Positions 18,665-28,354 are shown, counted from the first letter of the stretch. The stretch is 64,000 nucleotides of DNA from Aigarchaeota archaeon (GCA_025059745.1 JANXDH010000004.1:533646-597645); one strand, 5' to 3'. Notes: generated by a model from the sequence alone, not told the origin. Translations and numbers: made by a program.

Positions 18665-19420
18665 TCATAGGTCCTCCCATTTCACGTATCTACGGGCCAA
18701 CAACCCCTCTACCACAACGAACCCAAGCAAGCCGGCTATTATATAGAGCAGTTCCACCTCACCTATCTCGCTCAGACTGAAGGACATCTGAATTATCCTC
18801 GCACAAACGTAAGTTGGAGTCAGGAAGGCCAGCTGTGCTATCTGGGGCGGGAGCAACTCGTGCGGGTAGAAGACCGGTGGTAGAACTGTCAGTAGTGCGG
18901 TGATCATGGGAGAGTAGGTCCATAGGTCCTTCAGCTCCTTTGCCCTGCTACCGATTATGAAACCCCACACCGATATGGTGATCCACAGCAATATCACGCA
19001 CCCCCCTATCACCAATAGATTGAACACCGTGACGGGGACGACCTGTGAGATCAAGAACAAGATCATTACCAGTGCAGGTACCGTAATAATCAGGTTGCCG
19101 AGAGCGATACCGAAGTAGTAAGGTAGAGGGCCACTCGGCGACGCAACGAAGACGTCCTGGAGCCTCAAGAGGACGCGCATGTGAGCTATGTCCGTCTCCA
19201 CTACTATGGTCGACGCGACCGTGATTGATATGAGGCCGCCTATCAGGGCATACGGCATGATAATGCTGCCCACGTAAACATACGCGAAGAAGATTATGGT
19301 AAATGGAGTGATGAGGTAGTTGAGGGCCCAGATGGGTTGCCTCTTGAACGGGATCAGGTTCGTGAGGTACGCTATCAGGAACGACCTCCACAACCCCATG
19401 AGAAGGCGCCTACCCCTCAT
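18665..19420 (-). CDS. ABC-2 type exporter permease
   Basis: Six predicted TM segments and ABC-2 family topology. Start overlaps the ATPase stop (TAATG). Confidence 0.75.
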   Translation of the reverse strand: MRGRRLLMGLWRSFLIAYLTNLIPFKRQPIWALNYLITPFTIIFFAYVYVGSIIMPYALIGGLISITVASTIVVETDIAHMRVLLRLQDVFVASPSGPLPYYFGIALGNLIITVPALVMILFLISQVVPVTVFNLLVIGGCVILLWITISVWGFIIGSRAKELKDLWTYSPMITALLTVLPPVFYPHELLPPQIAQLAFLTPTYVCARIIQMSFSLSEIGEVELLYIIAGLLGFVVVEGLLARRYVKWEDL

Positions 19421-20325
19421 TACTCAGCCCTGTTTACTACCTCGAGGAAGACGTCCTCCAGAGTGAGAGGAGATATGGTGGCTTTTGCTCCGTTACTTAC
19501 AGCTATCTCCGCCAACTCCCTCGCACCCCTCAGGTCGGTATAGACCCTCACAATCGAGCCCAGTACGATACAACGCCCGTAACCCCTGACAAGACTCAGG
19601 TCTAGACGTGACGTCTCGAGGTCAACCCTCATTTTCTTCTCGATCCTAGCCTTCAACTCTTGAACTGAAAAGGACGCTAGGACCCTTCCGGCCTCCAAAA
19701 TGGCTACGCTATCCGAGAGGACCTCAGCCTCTTCCATATCGTGGGTCGTCAATAGGACGGTCCTACCCTCACGAACAGACTTCCTAACGACCTCCCACAC
19801 TCTGTGCTTGCTAACAGGATCTAGACCTATCGTAGGTTCATCGAGGAAGAGTAGATCGGCCTCGGACGCCAACGCCATCCCGACAAGCACGCGCCTCCTC
19901 AAGCCGCCTGAGAGGTTGGAGGCTGGAACGTTCATGTAATCTGAGAGTTCCAGGTCTTTTAAGTAGCTCCTCGCCCGCTCCCTCGCCTCACTACGTCCTA
20001 TCCCCCGTATGTTCAGGTAATAGTAGACGTGTTCCCACGGCGTGCAGAGGTGCAGGGGATGTGACTCCTGGGGCACAACGGCCACCCTCTCCCTAACCAT
20101 CTTAGCCTCCCTCTCAACGTCATATCCCAATACCCTTAACTCACCCTTGGTCTTTCTGAGCTGTGTGGCCGCTATCCTCACGAAGGTCGTCTTCCCCGCT
20201 CCATTTCTACCCAGCAAGGAGACTACCTGTCCCCTCATGACCTTCAAGGAGAAGTCCTCAAGTGCCCATCTGAGACCGTCGTAGGTCTTATAAAGTCTTG
20301 TCGCCTCTATGGCGATCTCACTCAT
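19420..20325 (-). CDS. ABC transporter ATP-binding protein (ABC-2/DrrA-like)
   Basis: Walker A LLGRNGAGKTT, ABC signature LSGGLRRRV, and Walker B LLFLDEPT. ATGA overlap with the upstream GcvH/TusA gene. Confidence 0.9.
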   Translation of the reverse strand: MSEIAIEATRLYKTYDGLRWALEDFSLKVMRGQVVSLLGRNGAGKTTFVRIAATQLRKTKGELRVLGYDVEREAKMVRERVAVVPQESHPLHLCTPWEHVYYYLNIRGIGRSEARERARSYLKDLELSDYMNVPASNLSGGLRRRVLVGMALASEADLLFLDEPTIGLDPVSKHRVWEVVRKSVREGRTVLLTTHDMEEAEVLSDSVAILEAGRVLASFSVQELKARIEKKMRVDLETSRLDLSLVRGYGRCIVLGSIVRVYTDLRGARELAEIAVSNGAKATISPLTLEDVFLEVVNRAE

Positions 20326-20999
20326 GTCTTCTTTATGAGGACGTGTGCCAACTTCTGTTCGATTCTAAAATCGAGCACAACGTTCCCCGTAAATTCAGAC
20401 CACTGTCGTAACTGTTCATCTGAACCAGGGCTGTATTCTGCGACCACGTGGACAACCTCTCCTGGAGGTATAGAATTTATCATATCAGAGAGTACCATCA
20501 GTACCTGAGCGCAATCTACGCCTATCGCGGCGTAGACGTGATCCGGTACGTGATCGAAGCACATCAAACCTCTCCTCTTTGAGTCCTCAGCGACCCTATC
20601 AGATATCTCATCCCATTTTTGGAGGGAGCTGATTGAGCCTCTATCCAGTACCTCCGCCTCATAGATCCACCCGTCCTCGTAGTCCCCTATTTGTAAACGA
20701 TGTGGGTTATCCGACACGCCTTCATTGACCCTCAATATCCTGAGTCCTATAGGTGAGTGCACGTTACCGAGAAATTTGCGCCCTTCAATCATGAACAACA
20801 CCCCCTCGGGTTCTATGACCGTCCCCTCCCCCTTCAGCTTGATCCTTCTGATCTTGCCAAAGAGGGCCTGCGTGATAGGGAGTAGTCCTAAGCGAGAGAT
20901 AGAACCGTCCCTTACCTCGAACCACAAGTTACGCTCATAACTGTAGAGAAGATCTTCCCTATACTTACATCCTTGGATCACGTTAGCCCCTGCAGACAT
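20322..20999 (-). CDS. fusion protein: GcvH-like (lipoyl-domain fold) N-terminal domain + TusA-like sulfur-carrier C-terminal domain
   Basis: The N-terminal ~125 aa align with glycine-cleavage H protein, including a Lys at the lipoyl-lysine position (MIEGRKF vs AESVKAAS) and the GWI[FY] C-terminal motif. The C-terminal ~75 aa align with TusA (IGVDCAQV vs LGLRCPEP, PGEVV, LIKK). Confidence 0.6.
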   Translation of the reverse strand: MSAGANVIQGCKYREDLLYSYERNLWFEVRDGSISRLGLLPITQALFGKIRRIKLKGEGTVIEPEGVLFMIEGRKFLGNVHSPIGLRILRVNEGVSDNPHRLQIGDYEDGWIYEAEVLDRGSISSLQKWDEISDRVAEDSKRRGLMCFDHVPDHVYAAIGVDCAQVLMVLSDMINSIPPGEVVHVVAEYSPGSDEQLRQWSEFTGNVVLDFRIEQKLAHVLIKKT

Positions 21000-21057
21000 C
21001 CAACTGACATCATCTGTTATGCGGAGAAATAAAAAGGTAAAAAAGCAGGCCTGTAAA

Positions 21058-21900
21058 TTAACGCTCTATCGGTAGGCCCACCACGTTGCCCCACTCGGAC
21101 CAACTACCGTCATAGTTCCGTACTTTCGGATACTTCAACAGATACTTCAGTACGAACCAAGTCACGGATGACCTCTCACCTATTCGACAGTAGGTGATGA
21201 CCTCCTTATCGGGCGTTATCCCTAAAGACTCATAGAGCCTCCTCAGCTCCTCAACTGACTTGAAGGTCCCGTCCTCGTTTATGGCCTTTGCCCACGGTAC
21301 GTTCACGGCACCCGGGATGTGGCCACCCCTCTGCGCGTGTTCAGTCGGATACTCCGGTGGCGCTAAAATTTTACCAGCGTACTCGTCAGGAGATCGTACG
21401 TCAACCAAGCACACGTTCGTACTCCCCAGTCTAGATCTTACGTCGGGTAATAGTATTCTATACTCGTAGTTGACCCTCGTGACTTTGTACCTAGTCTGCT
21501 TATTACTCGGTACGTCTTTCACTAACGGCCTCTCCTCCTCGATCCACTTTCTCCTACCCCCGTCCATCAGGCTCACCCTCTTGTGGTCGTATAGCTTGAA
21601 GACCCAGAACGCGAACGAAGCGAACCAGTTGTTGAAGTCGCCGTAGAGCACAACCCACGTCTCATTCGATATCCCGTTCCTCTCCATTAACTTCTCGAAA
21701 CCCTCCTTGCTGACGATATCCCTCTCGAGCTCATCGTTTATATCCCTCTTCCAATCTATGAGCGTAGCGCCTTCTATGTGACCTTGGTGATAGGCCGCCG
21801 TGGGTTCGTAATCGACCTCCACCACCCTTACGTTATCAGCCTTTCTGTTGTTCCAAACCCAGTCTGTCGTCACTAAAGGAGGTGATTCTTCGGTAGACAT
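21058..21900 (-). CDS. thiosulfate sulfurtransferase (tandem rhodanese domains)
   Basis: Two rhodanese domains. Catalytic loop CRIGERSS (CRxGxR, TST-type). 280 aa. Confidence 0.85.
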   Translation of the reverse strand: MSTEESPPLVTTDWVWNNRKADNVRVVEVDYEPTAAYHQGHIEGATLIDWKRDINDELERDIVSKEGFEKLMERNGISNETWVVLYGDFNNWFASFAFWVFKLYDHKRVSLMDGGRRKWIEEERPLVKDVPSNKQTRYKVTRVNYEYRILLPDVRSRLGSTNVCLVDVRSPDEYAGKILAPPEYPTEHAQRGGHIPGAVNVPWAKAINEDGTFKSVEELRRLYESLGITPDKEVITYCRIGERSSVTWFVLKYLLKYPKVRNYDGSWSEWGNVVGLPIER

Positions 21901-22013
21901 CAGCGATCCAATATCTTAGGTTATTATTATATTATTATATCTAACATATTATTGAGTTATATGTCCATGGATGTTTGAAACGATCGATTAACTATTTTAT
22001 GTAGTTAAAAACG

Positions 22014-22024
22014 CTTTTATACTA
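22014..22024 (+). promoter_or_regulatory. TATA box (cttttatacta) in a very A/T-rich divergent intergenic region
   Basis: ~37 nt upstream of the ATG at 22056. The region 21901-22055 is ~28% GC, versus mid-50s for the window. Confidence 0.4.
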
Positions 22025-22055
22025 TAAGTAAGCCATATATACTGAGGAAACGAGA

Positions 22056-23702
22056 ATGAGCAGTTTAGAATTTGACGGAGTAATTATAGGTGCAGGACAC
22101 AACGCCTTGGTCTTGGCCGGGTACATGGCTAAGTCGGGTCTGAAAGTGGCCCTGATCGAGAGGAACGTCACGATCGGCGGAGGATGCGGTACCTACATGC
22201 ATCCGGAGTATCCGGGGTTCCTTCACGAACTCCACTCCCAATTCCACAGGAACATTCCGAATCTACCGTGGTACAGGGACCTAGAGCTCTCAAACTACGG
22301 CCTTGACTACATATATCCACAGGCGAACAACGGGACGCCACTCAGCAGCGGTAAGAACATCGTAGTACACGCTAACCCCGACGTCTCCTACAAGTCCATC
22401 GAGAGGATCTCCAAGAAGGACGCCGACTCCTATTACAAGGTCTACCACAAGTACCAGGAGATGGGCAGGAAGATATGGTTCGTCCGCGATTACTCGCCCC
22501 CACTCCCTCCGGATGAAGAGGCTCGACTCCTAGAGAAGAGCGAGATGGGGCGCGAGTTCCTCCAGATCAACAAGAGGAGCGCTTACGACATCGTCATGGA
22601 TCTATTCGAGTCCGTGGAGATGCGCACGTTCTACCTCTTCCTCTACTCTATCAGAGGATATCTACCATCGCCCGAGAGCAAGAACACAGGTTTCGCTGCA
22701 GTCGCCATGACTTATCTGGGAAACAAGGCCATGTTACCGCGAGGAGGCTCAAGGATGCTCACCAACGCCCTGAGCAAGGTTGTACTCACGCACGGGGGGA
22801 TGATATTCGAGAACCACGAGGTCTCGAGGATAATCACGAAAAACGGGACTGCGATCGGTGTGGAGACCACTAACGGGAGGAAGTTCATGGCGAAGAAGTT
22901 CGTGGTGAGCAGCGTGGATCCGACCCAGACGTTCCTAAGGTTCATAGATGACGGACACCTCGGGAGCGACTTCTTGAAGAAGGTGAGGAACTACAAGTAC
23001 GGTGCATCGGCTAGGAGCTTCGGCGTCCTTTTCACTCTACACGCTGGAATCCACCAGCCCCCACGTTACGCATCGGAGAAGTGGGATCCGATGATCAACG
23101 AGGTCTTCAACACGTGCATAGGCTATGAGACGCCCGAGTCGATAATCAAGCACATTCATGAGACGATGGAGGGGATCGTACCCTCAGAGATAGGACTCCA
23201 GTGTGCTGTTCCGACACTCTTTGATCCAACGAGGGCACCTAAGGGTAAGCACGTGCTCCTCGCGTGGCAGTTCGCTCCGTATCATATAAAGGGTCACGGG
23301 CCAGAGAAGTGGGACGAGATAAAGTACTCGTATCTCGAGAAGGTCTTAGACAGGTGGGCCGATTACGCACCGAACCTCAGGAAGTCCTCGGGCAACATCA
23401 TATACATGTTCCCGCAGACCCCGCCTGATACGGAGAGGCACCTCATAAACATGAGGGAGGGAGACTTTCACGTGGGCGCCCTGATACCAGAGCAACTCGT
23501 GTACAACAGGCCCTTCCCGGAGGTCTCAAACTACCGCACACCGATAAAGAACCTCTACCTCACAGGAGCACCAACCCACCCAACCGGCAACATAACTGGA
23601 GCACCGGGCTACAATACCGCTCGAGTGATCGCGCAAGACCTCGGGATTAATCTCTGGTGGAATCCACCAGATCCGAGGAGGGAGTGGGCCTCACTAGAGT
23701 GA
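22056..23702 (+). CDS. FAD-dependent oxidoreductase, phytoene desaturase (CrtI)-related family
   Basis: GVIIGAGHNALVLAGYMAKSG..ALIE dinucleotide-binding motif and CrtI-like length (548 aa). Confidence 0.65.
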   Translation: MSSLEFDGVIIGAGHNALVLAGYMAKSGLKVALIERNVTIGGGCGTYMHPEYPGFLHELHSQFHRNIPNLPWYRDLELSNYGLDYIYPQANNGTPLSSGKNIVVHANPDVSYKSIERISKKDADSYYKVYHKYQEMGRKIWFVRDYSPPLPPDEEARLLEKSEMGREFLQINKRSAYDIVMDLFESVEMRTFYLFLYSIRGYLPSPESKNTGFAAVAMTYLGNKAMLPRGGSRMLTNALSKVVLTHGGMIFENHEVSRIITKNGTAIGVETTNGRKFMAKKFVVSSVDPTQTFLRFIDDGHLGSDFLKKVRNYKYGASARSFGVLFTLHAGIHQPPRYASEKWDPMINEVFNTCIGYETPESIIKHIHETMEGIVPSEIGLQCAVPTLFDPTRAPKGKHVLLAWQFAPYHIKGHGPEKWDEIKYSYLEKVLDRWADYAPNLRKSSGNIIYMFPQTPPDTERHLINMREGDFHVGALIPEQLVYNRPFPEVSNYRTPIKNLYLTGAPTHPTGNITGAPGYNTARVIAQDLGINLWWNPPDPRREWASLE

Positions 23703-23792
23703 TATCAAACGATACAGCTCTCTATCATCAAATTTTTTTGACTCAGTTTCACTCTAAACATATATATTTAACATCTTTAGGGATATCTGGAG

Positions 23793-24038
23793 ATGCCGAT
23801 AGCGTTCGTCCTGATAAATACGGAGATCGGATCTGAGGAGGACGTGGTGAAGCAGTTGAAGAGGATAGAGGCCGTCAAGGAGGCGTACGCGGTCTATGGA
23901 GTCTATGACATAATCGCGAAGGTTGAGGCCGAGTCGATGGACAAGCTGAAGGAGATAGTCTCGTGGAACATAAGGAGGTTAGACAAGGTCAGGTCCACCC
24001 TCACCATGCTAGTCATGGGAAGCGAGGGCAAGACCTAG
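23793..24038 (+). CDS. stand-alone Lrp/AsnC-type RAM (ligand-binding) domain protein
   Basis: 81-aa beta-alpha-beta-beta-alpha-beta pattern typical of AsnC_trans_reg domains (AFVLINTE...VKEAYAVYGVYDIIAKVEAES). Confidence 0.7.
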   Translation: MPIAFVLINTEIGSEEDVVKQLKRIEAVKEAYAVYGVYDIIAKVEAESMDKLKEIVSWNIRRLDKVRSTLTMLVMGSEGKT

Positions 24039-25322
24039 AGGTCTGACCAGGTGACGCCTCGCCGATACCGCAACCTCATACATCCCCGGCCTCAGGTCCC
24101 TCTCGATCACCTCTATCTCTGGCGTACCACCCAACCTAATTCCACACCTCCTACACCTGTAACCCTTACCGAATCCCGCAGACTCACCCCTCTTGCCACA
24201 TGTCCCGCATATGGGAGGCCTGACCGTCACGATTTCGGCTAACCTCAAGATGAGTAACTTCTCGAGGTTCATGGTTATCCCCTGAGGTTTATGCTTGATC
24301 GCACCGAACGCAACCACCTCGTCTCCAGGGAGGAGGCTGCACACTACTCTCCTGAAGGAGAGGGTAGGTTCGTAGGCGGCCAGTGTCAGGTGACCAGTGT
24401 AATCCGTTATCTTTGCGAACACGTGACCCCCCCTCTCAACGTACGGCTTACCCACTACTACTCCCCTCACTGATGCAGAGACGCCGTGTCTTACCTCGGA
24501 CACCCGCGATTCAACGTAATGGATGTCCGTCGCCTGATTGGTCGCGAAGATCTCCCAGAAGTCGACTCTCTCGTCGATCTCGATCATCTGGAGCGCACCT
24601 TTCAATACCTCCCTCGAGGTGCCGCGTATGCCGACAAGGACGGGACACGGCGTGTGCGGCGTCAATCTGACGCTTCGTTTTTCGTAATCGTAATTATCGA
24701 ATGTGTACGGTCTCGTAGACTGATCCATCCTGATTACAGAGTCTGGTGAGACCCTCCGCGGTCTCCCCCAGTTCCCTCGCTCCCTATAAGCGAGTAACTC
24801 GTAGGTAAGCAGGTGAGACTCATCTACCGATGTGGCAGAGAGTGCTCCTATAAGCCCCCTACCCTCTTTGAAATACTTGTAGGCCAGAGCGTACTCGTCG
24901 CATAACCTCATAGCCTCATCGATATCCACCAGCTCCCTCAGGGTCCTCAGGTAGAAGTCTCTGAGACGCTCCATGACACCGTAGGGCATAAACACTATGC
25001 CTGGATCAGTACCCTCGTCGTCTAAGTCCGCCAGCTCACGAACCACCTCAGATACCACCCCGATAGCACTCTCAACCGTGATGCGACCCAGTTTGACGGA
25101 GAAGCCAACGGCTGCGTTACCGCGGGTCTTGTAAGGACAGTTGGGGTTCAGCCTGACGAGCACTGGGTCTCCTACCCTGACGCATCCCAACAGCTCTAGG
25201 GCTCGGAGGGCCCTACAACCTACGTACGTCGTACACATGGTCCTCTTAGAATCGGTATCGTCGATTCCGACCCTCACTACCTCCCTACTCAAATCTACGG
25301 TGAAATTGCATTCACACCTCAT
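24009..25322 (-). CDS. tiaS: tRNA(Ile2) 2-agmatinylcytidine synthetase TiaS
   Basis: GIDDTDS kinase-like N-terminal motif, central OB-like region, and C-terminal Zn ribbon (CGTCGKRG...CRRCG). The ORF gives 437 aa; a likely GTG start near 25277 gives ~422 aa. Confidence 0.8.
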   Translation of the reverse strand: MRCECNFTVDLSREVVRVGIDDTDSKRTMCTTYVGCRALRALELLGCVRVGDPVLVRLNPNCPYKTRGNAAVGFSVKLGRITVESAIGVVSEVVRELADLDDEGTDPGIVFMPYGVMERLRDFYLRTLRELVDIDEAMRLCDEYALAYKYFKEGRGLIGALSATSVDESHLLTYELLAYRERGNWGRPRRVSPDSVIRMDQSTRPYTFDNYDYEKRSVRLTPHTPCPVLVGIRGTSREVLKGALQMIEIDERVDFWEIFATNQATDIHYVESRVSEVRHGVSASVRGVVVGKPYVERGGHVFAKITDYTGHLTLAAYEPTLSFRRVVCSLLPGDEVVAFGAIKHKPQGITMNLEKLLILRLAEIVTVRPPICGTCGKRGESAGFGKGYRCRRCGIRLGGTPEIEVIERDLRPGMYEVAVSARRHLVRPLGLALASHD

Positions 25323-25368
25323 ATACTTAAAAGGGTGGTTTTATTACTTGGTCTTTGGGTCGATCAGA

Positions 25369-26472
25369 GTGTTAGTGAGGGAGGTTCTCAGGAGACTCGA
25401 GCCTTACGCGTTCGAACCATCGGATAGAGAACTCGCATCGCTGGTTGGACTGAGACCGGATCAGATAGTCCGGTTAGATACCAACGCCTCGCCATATTAC
25501 CCAAAGGGAGTGATCAACTCGGTCTGCAGATCGGTCTCCAAGATCAGACTCAACCACTACCCCGATACAAGCTATGCGTCCCTCCGTCACTATATCTCCT
25601 GCTACGCGGGTGTCGGTCCTGATAATGTCATACCGACCAACGGTGCCGACGAGGGGATCGACATAGTGACTCGGGCGTTCGTCGAGAAGGGCGATGAGGT
25701 CCTAGCGCCGCATCCCACATACAGCTACTTCAGAGTCTCCTCAGAGATACAAGGGGCCGAATTCATCAGGATCGATAGCGATGATAAGTTCAGGATCGAT
25801 ATAGGTGCGTTAATCTCCCGCGCCTCAGAGAGGACCAGCCTGATCTTCCTGTGCAACCCGAACAACCCGACAGGTCAGTCGTTACCCATGAGGGAGGTTG
25901 AACGGATATGCAGTTCTGTCGAGGTGCCCGTGCTGGTGGACGAGGCCTATTACGAGTACTGCGGGACCTCAGCGGCCCCACTCATCGAGAAGTACCAGAA
26001 CCTTATAGTGGTGAGGACTCTCTCGAAAGCATTCGGTCTGGCGGGCATACGCATAGGTTACCTCCTGGCATCTGAAGAGACCGTGGACCTGCTCAACAAG
26101 GTCAGGCCTCCGAACAGTCTCGGAGTACTCAACATAGCAATAGCAGAACGTGCACTCAGGGACCCTCAGTTCGTCAAGAGGTTTGTCGAGAGGATCGCCG
26201 GGGTGAGGGAGTGGCTCTACAGAGAACTCGCGTCGATTAAATCGTTGGAGGTCTTCCCCTCAAGGACGAACTTTTTACTCGTCAGGCTGTTAAAGGGAGA
26301 CTCACAGGATCTCTGGACCAGACTCTTAAAGAGGGGACTAGTCGTCAGGAGGTTCGCAAGCGATCCGATGCTGAGGAACTGTCTGCGGATAACTATAGGT
26401 GAGATGAAGCACGCGAGGGTAATTGCAAACGTAATAACGAGGTACATAGAGGACGCTGAGGGGGAGGTTTGA
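25369..26472 (+). CDS. hisC: histidinol-phosphate aminotransferase family (class I/II PLP aminotransferase, HisC/CobD-like)
   Basis: NPNNPTG, DEAYYEY and RTLSKAFGLAGIRIGY (Schiff-base Lys) motifs. The ORF track starts at 25141 but that overlaps tiaS; in-frame TTG 25348 or GTG 25369 follow a ttttatta box at 25338-25345. Confidence 0.8.
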   Translation: MLVREVLRRLEPYAFEPSDRELASLVGLRPDQIVRLDTNASPYYPKGVINSVCRSVSKIRLNHYPDTSYASLRHYISCYAGVGPDNVIPTNGADEGIDIVTRAFVEKGDEVLAPHPTYSYFRVSSEIQGAEFIRIDSDDKFRIDIGALISRASERTSLIFLCNPNNPTGQSLPMREVERICSSVEVPVLVDEAYYEYCGTSAAPLIEKYQNLIVVRTLSKAFGLAGIRIGYLLASEETVDLLNKVRPPNSLGVLNIAIAERALRDPQFVKRFVERIAGVREWLYRELASIKSLEVFPSRTNFLLVRLLKGDSQDLWTRLLKRGLVVRRFASDPMLRNCLRITIGEMKHARVIANVITRYIEDAEGEV

Positions 26473-26876
26473 TAAGGGTCTTCAGCATAGACGTCAACAC
26501 ACAGAAGAGGGTCGAGCTGGTAAACATAACGCGAAGGATCAACGAGAAGATATCGGAGGCGAGGGTCAGGGACGGCGTCGTTGTCGTCTTCACGAGACAC
26601 ACAACGTCCGCGCTAATAATCAACGAGGACGAGGAGAGGTTGAAGAGGGACATACTGGTACTGATGGACAGGCTAGTGCCGACCGGTGCGGGATACAGAC
26701 ACGACGAGATAGATAACAACGCCGACGCGCACCTCAGGCAGAACCTCATGCAACCCTCGCTGACCGTACCCATCGTGAACGGCCGTATGGCACTGGGGAC
26801 TTGGCAGAACGTCTTCCTCTTTGAACTGGACGGCCCGAGGACTCGAGAGGTCACGGTAGTCTTAATCGGTGAGTAG
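26469..26876 (+). CDS. YjbQ/UPF0047 family protein (secondary thiamine-phosphate synthase-like)
   Basis: HTTSALIINEDE, NADAHL and LGTWQNVFLFELDGPRTREV motifs. 135 aa. Confidence 0.85.
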   Translation: MIRVFSIDVNTQKRVELVNITRRINEKISEARVRDGVVVVFTRHTTSALIINEDEERLKRDILVLMDRLVPTGAGYRHDEIDNNADAHLRQNLMQPSLTVPIVNGRMALGTWQNVFLFELDGPRTREVTVVLIGE

Positions 26877-26881
26877 AAATC

Positions 26882-28354
26882 TCAGGAGAATCTCTGATAG
26901 GCCTCGTTTAATTCCCTCCTTAACCTCTTGACCCAGTCTTGGAAGCCACCCTTCATCTCCGGGTACTCCATATATAATTTGATTAGTTTCCTGCTCTTGT
27001 CTGCTGTGAACTTTAGGTTTCGCGCGAGTTGGGGCTCCTGCCTTATCCTCGACCTCAACTCACCGTCCGTGAGCAACCTGATCAGGTTACTCAACCTCGG
27101 AAACCGCGGGTGCTCTCGTCTCTTTATGCTCTCTATGTCGTCTTGGGAGAGGAAGTACCTCATACCGAAATCTATCTTCTCGTTGGGGAGCGTCTGAAGG
27201 TACCTCCTCAGCACCTCGAAGCTCGCCATCTGATAGCCATAGGCGTGGACGTAATCAACGTTGTACTTCCAGAGTCCGTCCTCGCTGGTATCATTCGACT
27301 CGACCGCCTCTACCAGCACCTTCCCTAAAATCACGCTCGCGTATAGGGCGGGCCCCATCCCTCCTGCGTCTATCGGCCTCGGCATCCACGCGGCGTCTCC
27401 AATAATAACGAAACCGTTGGCTACCATGCAGTCGTTCTGTCTCCTCACCGGCACCTGCCAGGTGCTGTACTCGTTACCAGAATCTTGCGATCCCGCGGCT
27501 AATCTGGCGTTCCTTATCGCCTTGTTTCGCCTGACGTACTCGTCGATCAGACTGACCAGCGTGTCCTCCTTTCCGTACGCCCTATTTCGCCGCTCCAAAG
27601 CCTTCCTCTGCACCCCGAGGCCGACGTTCATCTTCGACTCGCCCTTTGGGAAGACCCAGCAGTAACCTCCAGGTGCGAGGTACTGATCGAGGTGTATAAT
27701 ACAGTACCTGGGGTCAAACCAAGTCTCGTCATCACCCGCCCGCTCGAAGTCTAGTATATAACGCCCCGTCGCCTCCATGTCGTTCTCTTTATCTATCTCG
27801 CGTTCTATCAGAGTATCTATTGGTATATGGGCCCTCAAGACTGATGCCGATCCGGAGGCGTCGACGACCACCCTCGCCCTTACCCTCACCGGCGTTTGGT
27901 CTGATAACCTGAGACCCGCGACTCCGACTATCCTGCCGTTCTCCGAGAGCAGCGTCCTCGCATCGATCTGGTAGAGGACCTCTACACCGAACCTCTCGAG
28001 GTACTCCCTCTGTTTCTGCGGCCAGAGCTTCCTGTTGAGCATGTATCCCTCTCCGTCAAAGAGGACCTTGACTTCGTGGTCGGGGGAGTAGACCAGCACG
28101 CCGTCGACCTCATGCTCTATCTCGGGGTACGAGTAGGATATGTTCAGGGAGTTGCAGACGGTATCGAGACTCCTCTTACTGACGGCGTCGCCACACGACC
28201 ACCCCCTCCTAGTCTTCTTGCCGAACTCGCCCGGAGGGTTGCGGTCCACCAATATTACCCTCAGATTCTGGTTTGAGAACTTAGCGACGGCCATCGCGGT
28301 GTGTGAGCCGGCTGGACCTCCGCCCACAACCACGACATCGCATTCGTACTCCAT
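26882..28354 (-). CDS. geranylgeranyl reductase family FAD-dependent oxidoreductase with C-terminal extension
   Basis: DVVVVGGGPAGS FAD motif and GGR-like core. 490 aa, ~90 aa longer than typical GGR. Confidence 0.7.
   Translation of the reverse strand: MEYECDVVVVGGGPAGSHTAMAVAKFSNQNLRVILVDRNPPGEFGKKTRRGWSCGDAVSKRSLDTVCNSLNISYSYPEIEHEVDGVLVYSPDHEVKVLFDGEGYMLNRKLWPQKQREYLERFGVEVLYQIDARTLLSENGRIVGVAGLRLSDQTPVRVRARVVVDASGSASVLRAHIPIDTLIEREIDKENDMEATGRYILDFERAGDDETWFDPRYCIIHLDQYLAPGGYCWVFPKGESKMNVGLGVQRKALERRNRAYGKEDTLVSLIDEYVRRNKAIRNARLAAGSQDSGNEYSTWQVPVRRQNDCMVANGFVIIGDAAWMPRPIDAGGMGPALYASVILGKVLVEAVESNDTSEDGLWKYNVDYVHAYGYQMASFEVLRRYLQTLPNEKIDFGMRYFLSQDDIESIKRREHPRFPRLSNLIRLLTDGELRSRIRQEPQLARNLKFTADKSRKLIKLYMEYPEMKGGFQDWVKRLRRELNEAYQRFS

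Noticed and set aside
24051-24749. Plus-strand ORFs antisense to tiaS
   Set aside because: Shadow ORFs; the TiaS frame carries all conserved motifs.
25141-25368. 5' extension of the hisC-like ORF back to 25141
   Set aside because: It would overlap the 3' part of tiaS by 180 bp on the opposite strand. Conserved HisC sequence begins after TTG 25348 / GTG 25369, which follow a TATA-like box.
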